DNA of 33,898 nt from a virus (IMGVR_UViG_3300025470_000054:1-33898); one strand, 5' to 3'; counted from the stretch's first letter, positions 25,443 through 33,429 are shown. Numbers and translations are program-made. Notes: a model not told the origin generated them from the sequence alone.

Positions 25443-25694
25443 TTACCTATCTTTTACAATAGGATCTCCGTTCTGCTTAACACCAACAAGCATCTTATCC
25501 ATCCCGACAAAAGCAAGCGTATGCTGGTGGTCGCAGCTTCTACATATAAGATATGGCCCTTGTTGGATTGGCGAATGATAAACACCGGAAGCACTTTTCT
25601 CAGATAGTTGTTTATTGATTTTGGTAAAGTCAGGGAATTGTACAGGTTGAGCATTTAGTATTTCCTCCTTAAATTCCTTGTTGTCGTTTTCCAT
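25443..25694 (-). CDS. hypothetical protein with possible Zn site
   Basis: H...ICRSCDHQH; GGAG upstream. Confidence 0.7.
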   Translation of the reverse strand: MENDNKEFKEEILNAQPVQFPDFTKINKQLSEKSASGVYHSPIQQGPYLICRSCDHQHTLAFVGMDKMLVGVKQNGDPIVKDR

Positions 25695-26046
25695 TCTTAA
25701 TCTTCTCCTCTACTTGAGCGACTGCTGTTTCTACGGTTAAGATAATCTTTTCTAGCTCATCAGCTATTGCATTAGTAGTAATAGTAAGACGGCCAATTTC
25801 TTCAAGTGATTTGTTAGGTATTGCAGCCTGTAATGGTTTGCCAGAACGGTATGAATTAATGGTTGCTTCAAAGTCTTTTTTAATTAATTCCCATCCTGCG
25901 TGTGAGGCAAGTGAAGCATAGGTATTAATTATTTCTTCTTCTTGTGCAACAAAATTATCATCTTCTTCAATATGTGGTTCTTGGTATAGGGCTTCATCAA
26001 AATTAACTTTCATGTTACCCCGTATTGCTGATTGTCCTCGATTCAT
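25669..26046 (-). CDS. small helical protein between portal and scaffold
   Basis: ATGA-coupled to the portal; LASHAGWELIKK motif is typical of post-portal proteins. Confidence 0.72.
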   Translation of the reverse strand: MNRGQSAIRGNMKVNFDEALYQEPHIEEDDNFVAQEEEIINTYASLASHAGWELIKKDFEATINSYRSGKPLQAAIPNKSLEEIGRLTITTNAIADELEKIILTVETAVAQVEEKIKNGKRQQGI

Positions 26047-28250
26047 AGCTGACTATTCCTTATCTTTGCCATTGCTTGTGCTATTTCTGGATCACCAATG
26101 CTCATAGGACCTTGTGGCTGACCCATAGGTTGTCCCTGACCCATAGGTTGTCCCTGAGCCATTTGTGGGGGCATAGGAGCTGCGTTTGGTGCTGGAGTTG
26201 GTACTTGACCCATTTGTGGTTGTACTGGCTGTTGTGGAGCCTGCATTCCGTTCTTAGCGTTTTGTAATGCAATCTTAGATTGTGTTTCCATTTGCATCTT
26301 AGCTTGTTGGTATTGCAAAAAGTCGTTTGGATCTATGTTAATGCCGGCTTGTTGAGCCATTTGTGCTGCACCAGACGGTGGTAAGTCTTTAATATTAATG
26401 TTTTCACGTAGACTTTCTTGTGGTCCTTGCTGTTGTCCTTGTTGTCCGGGCATTCCGGGCTGTCCGGGTTGTTGTTGAGGTAGTGGTTTAAGCAAAAGTT
26501 TAGTATCTCTCATACCACCAGTCATAAATAGTTCTTTGTAGTACTCGCCATAATCAAACATTAGTCCAGCTTGTTGTAATTGTGCGTCCATAATGCCAGG
26601 ATTTGCCATTAATGTGTTGTGAATCTCAAGAAGTTGGGCGTGTTTTTCGTCCATATTTTGTTTGTAAGTAGATTTAGCTTTAATTTTGTAGACATAGCCC
26701 TTTTCGTTCTTAATTCGGCTTGGTTTAATAGTAATTTTGGCACTTTTACCATTTTTAGATAGCTTAATTGCGTCCTGAATGTCAGGATATGTGGCTGCAA
26801 TCTGGCCAATTTCTTCGTTAAACATAAATATTTCAATAGGATTGTCGTGTTCTATATTGTTTACAAGGTCAATCATGCCGTTAAACAGCTCTTCGATAGC
26901 TTTGTCCATAAAATTGGTGTCTATTTCATCACGTGTGGATTGACTAGCATTCTGAGCTTGAATAGCTTGTGGAGTTTTACCTTGTGTTGGTGTGTTAGAT
27001 TCAGCACTAGCTCGTGTAGTAGTTTGACCTGTAATGTTACTCATTATGCCTTGAAGCATTTGGAATGTAAGGTTGTTGTTGCCGTCTACATCTGGGAATT
27101 GGTGGTGACTAATGTCGTTAGGGTTAGATACAAGCCATTTAGCACCCGGTTGAAAGCGTACAGATGGCATTACAACATTACCGTTAAGTACTTTAATTGG
27201 TGGGTAAGTTCTAAGCTTTATACCATCTACAAGAAGGTTTGTAACAGTATCAATAGCGTACTGAGCGTATCGTCCTTTTTCCATGTCACCAAGTCCAATA
27301 ACTGAATCAAGTGTAGGCATAGCGTATTTAAGAACAATAGGAATCTTGCCGTTTTTGTGTGGGTTAGGTATGTTACGGATTACGATGTTACCAAAGTCAG
27401 GTAGAAAGTCTATCCAACGTCCATCTTCACCAGCTTCGTATTTAGTAACTACTTCAATTTCACCAGTATCGGTAAAAACAGTTCGCCTTCGGAATGTCCA
27501 CATTGGGTTGTGTCGCAAGTAATCATCATAGCTAGTTGGTCGTGTCTTACCTTGTTTAGTTCGTTCTAGCACTTGAGCTATAGCGTCAAGGTCGTAATCA
27601 TTAACTTCATTTTCTACAAGATCTTCAAGGTAATCTCGACTAATGTAATTAGACACAAACGCAAAATCACAGTTGTGCATAGAGTATCGTCCCTGTTGTG
27701 GAAAGAAGTTCCTAATTGGCACTAACCAGCAGTCTGGTCCAGTGTAGTTTTGAGTGTATGTCCAGTCGTAGCACATTGGCATCGTACCGTAAACATTTGA
27801 ATACATATCCCATAGGAATAGTTTAGTTTCTAAATCATATTGGTATGTTGCATTTGGATAGATCCACTTGTGTAAAAGCAGGTCCATTAATTGCCCTTTA
27901 CCTTGGTCTTGTAAGCCATAGGATTGAACTGTACCGTGTGGCAAATTGGCCATTACACGCCCAGCACGTTCTATAACAATGGTAGATAAGCTACCTTCAC
28001 TAAGTCTAATTTTAGAGTTATCAGGGGTTCTGCCTTGGACAAATAGTAAATCTTCGTATTCATCCCAGTCGAGGGACATGTAACGAAGTGCTTGTTGGGC
28101 TACTTGGAATTGAGATGCTAACATTCCTCGAAGTTGAGGGTCACCGCCAATAACATTGTCGGACTCTTCAAGGTTTTGCATGCGGGTGTCATAGTCGGCA
28201 CCCTTGCGGTTTTTTATCTCATTGAGAAGTCTAGGTTGTTTCTTATCCAA
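26043..28250 (-). CDS. portal protein
   Basis: 735 aa between TerL and scaffold; NVYGT, NFFPQ, NPHKNGKIPIV, GKTPQAIQ; Q/P/G-rich tail; TTG start after GGGAG. Confidence 0.88.
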   Translation of the reverse strand: MDKKQPRLLNEIKNRKGADYDTRMQNLEESDNVIGGDPQLRGMLASQFQVAQQALRYMSLDWDEYEDLLFVQGRTPDNSKIRLSEGSLSTIVIERAGRVMANLPHGTVQSYGLQDQGKGQLMDLLLHKWIYPNATYQYDLETKLFLWDMYSNVYGTMPMCYDWTYTQNYTGPDCWLVPIRNFFPQQGRYSMHNCDFAFVSNYISRDYLEDLVENEVNDYDLDAIAQVLERTKQGKTRPTSYDDYLRHNPMWTFRRRTVFTDTGEIEVVTKYEAGEDGRWIDFLPDFGNIVIRNIPNPHKNGKIPIVLKYAMPTLDSVIGLGDMEKGRYAQYAIDTVTNLLVDGIKLRTYPPIKVLNGNVVMPSVRFQPGAKWLVSNPNDISHHQFPDVDGNNNLTFQMLQGIMSNITGQTTTRASAESNTPTQGKTPQAIQAQNASQSTRDEIDTNFMDKAIEELFNGMIDLVNNIEHDNPIEIFMFNEEIGQIAATYPDIQDAIKLSKNGKSAKITIKPSRIKNEKGYVYKIKAKSTYKQNMDEKHAQLLEIHNTLMANPGIMDAQLQQAGLMFDYGEYYKELFMTGGMRDTKLLLKPLPQQQPGQPGMPGQQGQQQGPQESLRENINIKDLPPSGAAQMAQQAGINIDPNDFLQYQQAKMQMETQSKIALQNAKNGMQAPQQPVQPQMGQVPTPAPNAAPMPPQMAQGQPMGQGQPMGQPQGPMSIGDPEIAQAMAKIRNSQL
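26121..26156. repeat. 18-bp direct repeat x2 in portal tail (QGQPMG)
   Basis: ACCCATAGGTTGTCCCTG occurs twice. Confidence 0.85.
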
Positions 28251-28308
28251 AGCAAAATACTCCCTTAATTAGGAGTACCTGCTTTGCCTAGGCTCAGTAC
28301 TGGTATGT

Positions 28309-28338
28309 ATTATAACAATTTGTTGGTGTATTCGTCAA
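28309..28338 (-). promoter_or_regulatory. sigma70-type promoter for portal (TTGACG-N18-TATAAT, extended -10)
   Basis: -35 at 28333-28338 and TGTTATAAT at 28309-28317; the -10 contains the stop codon of the upstream gene. Confidence 0.72.
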
Positions 28339-28621
28339 GTAAAATGTGTGATATGTGTCCCTTGTTATACGTGAGTGTAAACGTACGTGCACCAGTAAAG
28401 TTATTCTTTTCGGTAGTTTCCATTTCCTGTGCGACTGACAACTTGGCTATTTCATCTGTTGGGTATTTCTTTTTAATAGACTTGCTAAGAATAATTACTT
28501 TAGGTTGGCCTTCCATGTATTTAATTTCAAGTAAGCTGTGCCCAAACTGTACTTCTTCGCCGTGGTCTATTAGTTCTTTACCAACTTCAGCCCACATTTT
28601 CCAAAAATCATCGTGATGCAT
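28310..28621 (-). CDS. hypothetical protein
   Basis: 103-aa ORF overlapping the upstream gene; within the late operon. Confidence 0.7.
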   Translation of the reverse strand: MHHDDFWKMWAEVGKELIDHGEEVQFGHSLLEIKYMEGQPKVIILSKSIKKKYPTDEIAKLSVAQEMETTEKNNFTGARTFTLTYNKGHISHILLDEYTNKLL

Positions 28622-28811
28622 TAAATCGCCTTATTTGATCTTCCATTTCCATGTTGTTTCTAATAAGTTCGCGATAACATTGTTTAATAGCATCTACAGT
28701 TCCGGCACAAGATCCGGCAAACGTTCCTACTTTTATTCCTACACCACCATCATTAGATACGACAACATTGTCAGCTTTAGGACAAAGTTTTTTAATATCT
28801 TCTATAGTCAT
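28608..28811 (-). CDS. hypothetical protein
   Basis: AGGAGG RBS; 67 aa; directly after TerL. Confidence 0.7.
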   Translation of the reverse strand: MTIEDIKKLCPKADNVVVSNDGGVGIKVGTFAGSCAGTVDAIKQCYRELIRNNMEMEDQIRRFNASR

Positions 28812-28819
28812 ATACCCTC

Positions 28820-30223
28820 CTATCTATAGAATCCGTTTTTATCAAAGCCATCGACAGTTGTACCGTTGTCAGCATGGCGGTTAAATCTACTTGTTGATTG
28901 TTGATTGTATGAATCAAATCCTGAACGTGCATATTCAGGAATATCGTCATACGTTGCATTATTGCTAGTTATTTGGTTTTGTTTAACAGATACTGCAAGG
29001 TAGCGAAAAGCATCAGCCCCGTTAGAACTCCAATCATGAAGTGGTTTATTATCATACACCCTCGTTTCTTCGTTATACTTTCTATGGTAATTTTTTAAGC
29101 AAGCTATGCCTATTTCACATTTCTTTTTATCAAAATAACATCGTTGAAGTAATATTCTTGTTGCATTAATACCATCTTCAATTTTAAGTTTAGGTGCTAC
29201 ACGGAAATTTATTCCGAGATTACGAGCTGTTTCTACACGACTAAGTCCGCTGCCGAACTCTCGTACCTTGATGTCGTGTGGTGCAAAGTGTTCGCCGTAC
29301 ACGTAAGGTTTGTTTTGTAGAACTTTAATGTAGTGGTCAAGTCCTTTACCATTACCCTCGTAGTAGTCTATGAGATTAACCTTATCATTAATAAACTGAG
29401 CAAACCAAATTCCAGTAGCGTCACCAACACCAAGATCCCAATAAGTATGAACAGGGTGTTCCTGACGATAAGGTACCTCTCCAATCCTATCCGTTTCTTC
29501 GGCAAGTGCAATGAGATCACCGTAATAAGAACCTTGAATCGGCTCATCAAACGAACACATAAACTCTTGATTGAATAGTCTTTCATCACCATATAATCCT
29601 TTATATTCCTTTTTTATTTCATCTAACTCTTGATCGCTAAACTGTCCTGCATCTTTTGCCGTGAGATATGATACAAACCAACCGTTTTTCATGCCTTGTT
29701 GGTAAAGTGTACGTGCGTGGTTATCTCCACGAGGAGTAAAGTTAAACCACATAAATCCTTTGTTTTCAACTACAATCGGTAGCAAGAATCCAATAATGTT
29801 TGGACTCATAAGTGAATACTCACTAAAGACTATCCCAGCTGGGTTTGTTCCAACAATACGGTTAATGTCTGACGCACCTATGATTTGGAAGATTGAACCA
29901 TTATAAAGTTCTATAAGCATTTGCTGTTGATCGGTACGCTTTCTAAGTTCTTGTGGAATATGGTCCATTGTTTTAAAGCCGTTGGAGTCAAGGTTGTCCC
30001 ACAACGCTTTACGCCCTTGGTTAAACTCTGGAAACACGTAATAGTAATTGGCAACACGTTTAAGCATTTGAATAAGCAACGCATTAATCATAGTCTTGTC
30101 TTTACCATGACGACGTGGCCAAACAATAATAGCTCGGCTTGCTGGTTCGTCTTGTACAGCTAACCAGAATTCTTTTTGGTATTCCCGGGCTTCGTATTTA
30201 TATGGGATAGTTATATCGGCCAT
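28820..30223 (-). CDS. terL: terminase large subunit
   Basis: REYQ, Walker A WPRRHGKD, Walker B variant IVFSEY, TPRG, nuclease YWDLGVGD and HDWSSNGADAFRY. Confidence 0.96.
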   Translation of the reverse strand: MADITIPYKYEAREYQKEFWLAVQDEPASRAIIVWPRRHGKDKTMINALLIQMLKRVANYYYVFPEFNQGRKALWDNLDSNGFKTMDHIPQELRKRTDQQQMLIELYNGSIFQIIGASDINRIVGTNPAGIVFSEYSLMSPNIIGFLLPIVVENKGFMWFNFTPRGDNHARTLYQQGMKNGWFVSYLTAKDAGQFSDQELDEIKKEYKGLYGDERLFNQEFMCSFDEPIQGSYYGDLIALAEETDRIGEVPYRQEHPVHTYWDLGVGDATGIWFAQFINDKVNLIDYYEGNGKGLDHYIKVLQNKPYVYGEHFAPHDIKVREFGSGLSRVETARNLGINFRVAPKLKIEDGINATRILLQRCYFDKKKCEIGIACLKNYHRKYNEETRVYDNKPLHDWSSNGADAFRYLAVSVKQNQITSNNATYDDIPEYARSGFDSYNQQSTSRFNRHADNGTTVDGFDKNGFYR

Positions 30224-30395
30224 CTAATCTCTTTCGTTTAATTACATGATTCTTAATGCAGTTCAGTACTAACGGATTGTAAACTTCAAAACAAAGTGGA
30301 CATTGCCATCCCATGTATGGTTTAAGAAAATGTTTTTCTAATTCATTCTCTTTTTTGTCTTTAAATATTTCTGCTAGGTCTTCTTCAATGCTCAT
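30198..30395 (-). CDS. small protein with CxxC (Zn-finger-like)
   Basis: GGAG RBS before MSIEED; GWQCPLC..VYNP....C. Confidence 0.65.
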   Translation of the reverse strand: MSIEEDLAEIFKDKKENELEKHFLKPYMGWQCPLCFEVYNPLVLNCIKNHVIKRKRLDGRYNYPI

Positions 30396-31002
30396 AGTTT
30401 CTCCAAGTAAAATTACTTTTGTCAAATGGATACTCACCAATATCTCTTTGCTTTGCATCTACAGGATTTCTAAACACACTATTGTTTACCCAAAAATCAT
30501 AATAGTAAAGAATGTCGTCAATAAAATAATAGCCTTTACTCATTGCTCCAGCCTTGTGAGCTAATGTAACATCGTCACTTATGTTTGGTTCGAGTTTGAG
30601 TTGTTTCATTATATCAGTGTTAAACAAACACTTGATTGAATAATAATCACCACTAGCTTCTTTGTCTGATGTAATCTCATGAAACTTGCCGTCAAACGTC
30701 ATTAAAATTTGGTAGCCAATGTAATCTATTCCATCTCTAAGTTTATCTTTTGAGTACGCTGCTTTAACTACTTGCTCAACATAATTAGGTGATAAGTAAT
30801 CATCATCATCAATAAGAGCTATAAAACCTTTTGGTGCATCAGCTACAATAGAATTAAACTTATCGCTTTGTTTACCCCACCCATCTGCTATGACAACTTC
30901 TACTTTATCTTTGTAGGGTTCTAGTTGATCGTTTAGAGAAAATAATAATCGAGTTAATAAACTTGCTCTTGTAGGTATGGTACAGACAGCAATTGTAATC
31001 AT
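30385..31002 (-). CDS. GT-A fold (GT2-like) glycosyltransferase
   Basis: ITIAVCTIPTR..LL, VEVVIADG, KGFIALIDDDDYLSPNYV, SDD, ILYYY. Confidence 0.85.
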   Translation of the reverse strand: MITIAVCTIPTRASLLTRLLFSLNDQLEPYKDKVEVVIADGWGKQSDKFNSIVADAPKGFIALIDDDDYLSPNYVEQVVKAAYSKDKLRDGIDYIGYQILMTFDGKFHEITSDKEASGDYYSIKCLFNTDIMKQLKLEPNISDDVTLAHKAGAMSKGYYFIDDILYYYDFWVNNSVFRNPVDAKQRDIGEYPFDKSNFTWRNYEH

Positions 31003-31298
31003 CGCTTACATCCAAACTTACAAAGCCCAACAGAGTAATTGTGTTTACAAACTTTAATTTTACGCGACGCAAGTAAAGTATTTAAATCTAATTGATTAAT
31101 TTTTGGTGGACGTTCATCAACGTGTTGAATTAAAACAACGTCAGCTGTATCAGTTTCTTTTTGTTCATTAGATTCCCCGTTCTCTAATTGTTCATCGAGT
31201 ATTGCATTGAGATGCTTACTTAACCACTCAGACTTATCTTTCAAGTCTTTCCAGATCTTTAAATCTTTCTTCCTAACGTAAACCGTTACTTGTGGCAT
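30999..31298 (-). CDS. putative ribbon-helix-helix-like DNA-binding protein with C-terminal Cys/His cluster
   Basis: MPQVTVYVRKKD..IW..L.DKSEWL..HL strand-helix-helix pattern; CKH......CKFGC. Confidence 0.5.
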   Translation of the reverse strand: MPQVTVYVRKKDLKIWKDLKDKSEWLSKHLNAILDEQLENGESNEQKETDTADVVLIQHVDERPPKINQLDLNTLLASRKIKVCKHNYSVGLCKFGCKR

Positions 31299-31326
31299 AC
31301 CCTACCCATAAATTAAAAATTTATTT

Positions 31327-31347
31327 TATAGTATACATTATACTATA
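31327..31347 (-). promoter_or_regulatory. perfect 9-bp inverted repeat overlapping a TATAAT box (operator candidate)
   Basis: TATAGTATA-CAT-TATACTATA; minus-strand TATAAT at 31337-31342. Confidence 0.55.
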
Positions 31348-31362
31348 TGGTTTTGAGTATGT

Positions 31363-31728
31363 CTAGACGTAGATAAGAGTAATGTTGTCAGCAGCAGTTG
31401 TAACTACTGTAAGTCCGTTGGAGTAGCGTGCACCTATCTGGAAACCAAACGTTCCTGTACCAGTACCAAATTGAGTAATGATTGTACCGGATCCTGCAGT
31501 GTTGTCATACACCGTAACTGTTCCAGTGGTTGCTTTACCAACAATAATTGCTACGAGAACACCAGGACCTGTAACAAGAGTTGTAGTGGTTGCTGTACTT
31601 ATAAATTTATAGTTACCTATTGTTAAGCTAGCAGCTTCATAAACTCCACTAGTTCCTACTTCTATCTGAGCATTAGCCGATGGGGTGTCTGTAATGATCT
31701 CTGCTGGTGTTACTGTTACTGTTGCCAC
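31363..31728 (-). CDS. T-rich beta protein, probable virion/decoration protein
   Basis: AGGAG RBS, GTG start; GPGVLVAIIV...GTVTVYDNTAGSG...G.RYSNGLTV. Confidence 0.65.
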   Translation of the reverse strand: MATVTVTPAEIITDTPSANAQIEVGTSGVYEAASLTIGNYKFISTATTTTLVTGPGVLVAIIVGKATTGTVTVYDNTAGSGTIITQFGTGTGTFGFQIGARYSNGLTVVTTAADNITLIYV

Positions 31729-31757
31729 TTTTATCTCCTGTTTTTTTTCTTTTCTAC

Positions 31758-31766
31758 ATTATAACA
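31758..31766 (-). promoter_or_regulatory. extended -10 promoter at head of late block (TGTTATAAT)
   Basis: Intergenic, ~30 nt upstream of the GTG start. Confidence 0.65.
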
Positions 31767-32118
31767 CATTTGGGGCCTTACACGAATATAAAAAATATTT
31801 TTGGGGGTCTTAATTACTTAACTAGTTGTGTGTTTCTATACAATTGTATTCACCCTAATTACTAATAATTCATTTACCTAAAGGGTGGTTACGGGACACC
31901 CTACCTACTCTTCTTTTTTTTCTTTTTTTTTTTTCTTTCTCTGTTATATAAGGTTACTTGCTTTATATGCAATAATGTTGTGTTATAAGTAACAGAGGTA
32001 GTAGCTATAAGTAGTTATAGCTTTTGAGTGTATGTTGTACCTATATGAGTAATGCATGCATAGTCTGTGCTCACTAGTTCGAACGGCACCGGATCAAGGT
32101 AGTACTACACTTTATAAG

Positions 32119-32127
32119 TTATCCACA
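32119..32127 (+). promoter_or_regulatory. consensus DnaA box (TTATCCACA)
   Basis: Exact 9-mer, 40 nt upstream of the -35; only one copy noticed. Confidence 0.4.
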
Positions 32128-32166
32128 AGTAACCTCTGTTTTATCCTATTATTTTATCAATTATAC

Positions 32167-32195
32167 TTGACATTAGTTATATGTTTTGCTATACT
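32167..32195 (+). promoter_or_regulatory. strong sigma70-type early promoter (TTGACA-N17-TATACT, TGn extension)
   Basis: TTGACA at 32167-32172; TGC-TATACT ending at 32195. Confidence 0.85.
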
Positions 32196-32200
32196 TATAA

Positions 32201-32645
32201 TAGTTAAGAGTAAAAGACTTAACTACACCAGCAGTACAGGTATAGTACAACAGCAATAACTACAAGCATTGTCTACTCTGTATATAGGTGGTATCGAACC
32301 TTAAAAAATTAAACTACAAGTATATAAACACTTTTTTTGAGTGAGTGCTGATAATGAAAAAAGTCTTAATCTCACAAGTTTTATACAGCGAAAATACACG
32401 TAATAGCCAAAAATAGAGCCAACATCAAGTGGCGTGCTACCTAGTTTATCAATTGTGAAATAGTCGTGTTGAAGATGACAAAAGAAGTTTTATAAAAAAA
32501 TAGTTTATGTTGGTGTACAGAGCATACAGAGCGTGAGTACTGATTATCAGATGAGAGCGTGAGTTACTACTGTACTAGCAAGTTTAGCAACCTTGTAAAG
32601 CTTTAAAGTCCACTTTATACAGTGGATTTTATGAGCTGTATAAGC
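32201..32645 (+). ncRNA. candidate large structured leader/ncRNA
   Basis: Begins at the expected TSS with hairpin TAGTTAAG/CTTAACTA; nested long-range complementarities; no credible CDS; not matched to any named family. Confidence 0.5.
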
Positions 32646-32682
32646 AGTTCAATAACTAATCATAGTAAAGGAGTAAAAAACT

Positions 32683-32904
32683 ATGACAACAGAATTATTA
32701 AGAGAAAATGTAGTATCTGATGATGTTATACATCTAGCAGATATTGGCAAGATCTTTAAAGGTGGTTACGTAGCGATAATTGAGTATCATACTTTTGCTA
32801 CATCTTGGACTGATAAAAAACACTATAAAAGATTTAGGACTATGGATAATGCCGAAAAGTTTATTGATAAACACTATAAAGGAGATACAGTATATGGATT
32901 ATAG
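32683..32904 (+). CDS. early hypothetical protein
   Basis: AAAGGAG RBS; 73 aa. Confidence 0.8.
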   Translation: MTTELLRENVVSDDVIHLADIGKIFKGGYVAIIEYHTFATSWTDKKHYKRFRTMDNAEKFIDKHYKGDTVYGL

Positions 32905-33100
32905 AATACACGGGAACACCATATTTATAAAAGGCAACGGAATTTATGGTCACTACATGATTAATGGTAACCAAGTAAGTAAGATTATTCAACACTATTC
33001 AGGTGATGAGATTATTAAGCCGTTCCATACCATAGGTGAATTGCCTACTAATACAGAGGCAAAACTATTAAATGAATTAAGAGAAAAAAAGGTATTATAA
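32894..33100 (+). CDS. early hypothetical protein
   Basis: AAGGAG RBS before MDYRIHG (32894); TAATG-coupled to the next gene. Confidence 0.75.
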   Translation: MDYRIHGNTIFIKGNGIYGHYMINGNQVSKIIQHYSGDEIIKPFHTIGELPTNTEAKLLNELREKKVL

Positions 33101-33411
33101 TGACTGAAAAATTATCTGATAAAAAGCTTGAATTATTAAAGCAATGCGACGGATTGCATGATAATTTAACTCAATTGTTCGAATGCGAAAGCTGTTCGGT
33201 ACTATTCGATAATTATGATGATGTTCGGATATGTACTATCTGCAATAACCCACTTGATATGGACTGTAACGAAAAAATTCAATCGGGTTGGTACTGTTGC
33301 GATAACTACTATTGTAGCGAAAAATGTTTGAATAAGTCTTTAGATAATGAGACTTGGCTTGAGCATTACGACGACGACGGGGACTGTTATTGGACAGAGT
33401 GGGAATTATAA
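33100..33411 (+). CDS. Cys-rich acidic Zn-finger protein
   Basis: CESC, CTIC, CC...YCSEKC; C-terminal CYWTEWE. Confidence 0.75.
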   Translation: MTEKLSDKKLELLKQCDGLHDNLTQLFECESCSVLFDNYDDVRICTICNNPLDMDCNEKIQSGWYCCDNYYCSEKCLNKSLDNETWLEHYDDDGDCYWTEWEL

Positions 33412-33429
33412 ATTAAAGGAGTTTAAAAA

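Noticed and set aside
29805-29840. TerL Walker B reading IVFSEY rather than hhhhDE as a sign of inactivation
   Set aside because: The catalytic Glu is retained and all other motifs are intact.
2959-30564. Numerous + strand and alternate-frame ORFs within the late block (e.g. 4499..4726, 12927..13238, 26847..27305, 28284..28616)
   Set aside because: Shadow ORFs of well-supported minus-strand genes, arising from codon bias; no RBS or motifs.
32056-32259. 67-aa ORF in the control region
   Set aside because: No RBS, and it runs across the strong promoter and DnaA box.
32354-32416. 20-codon ORF MKKVLISQVLYSENTRNSQK inside the leader
   Set aside because: Lacks the AAGGA(G) RBS seen on nearby genes; a leader-peptide role cannot be excluded.
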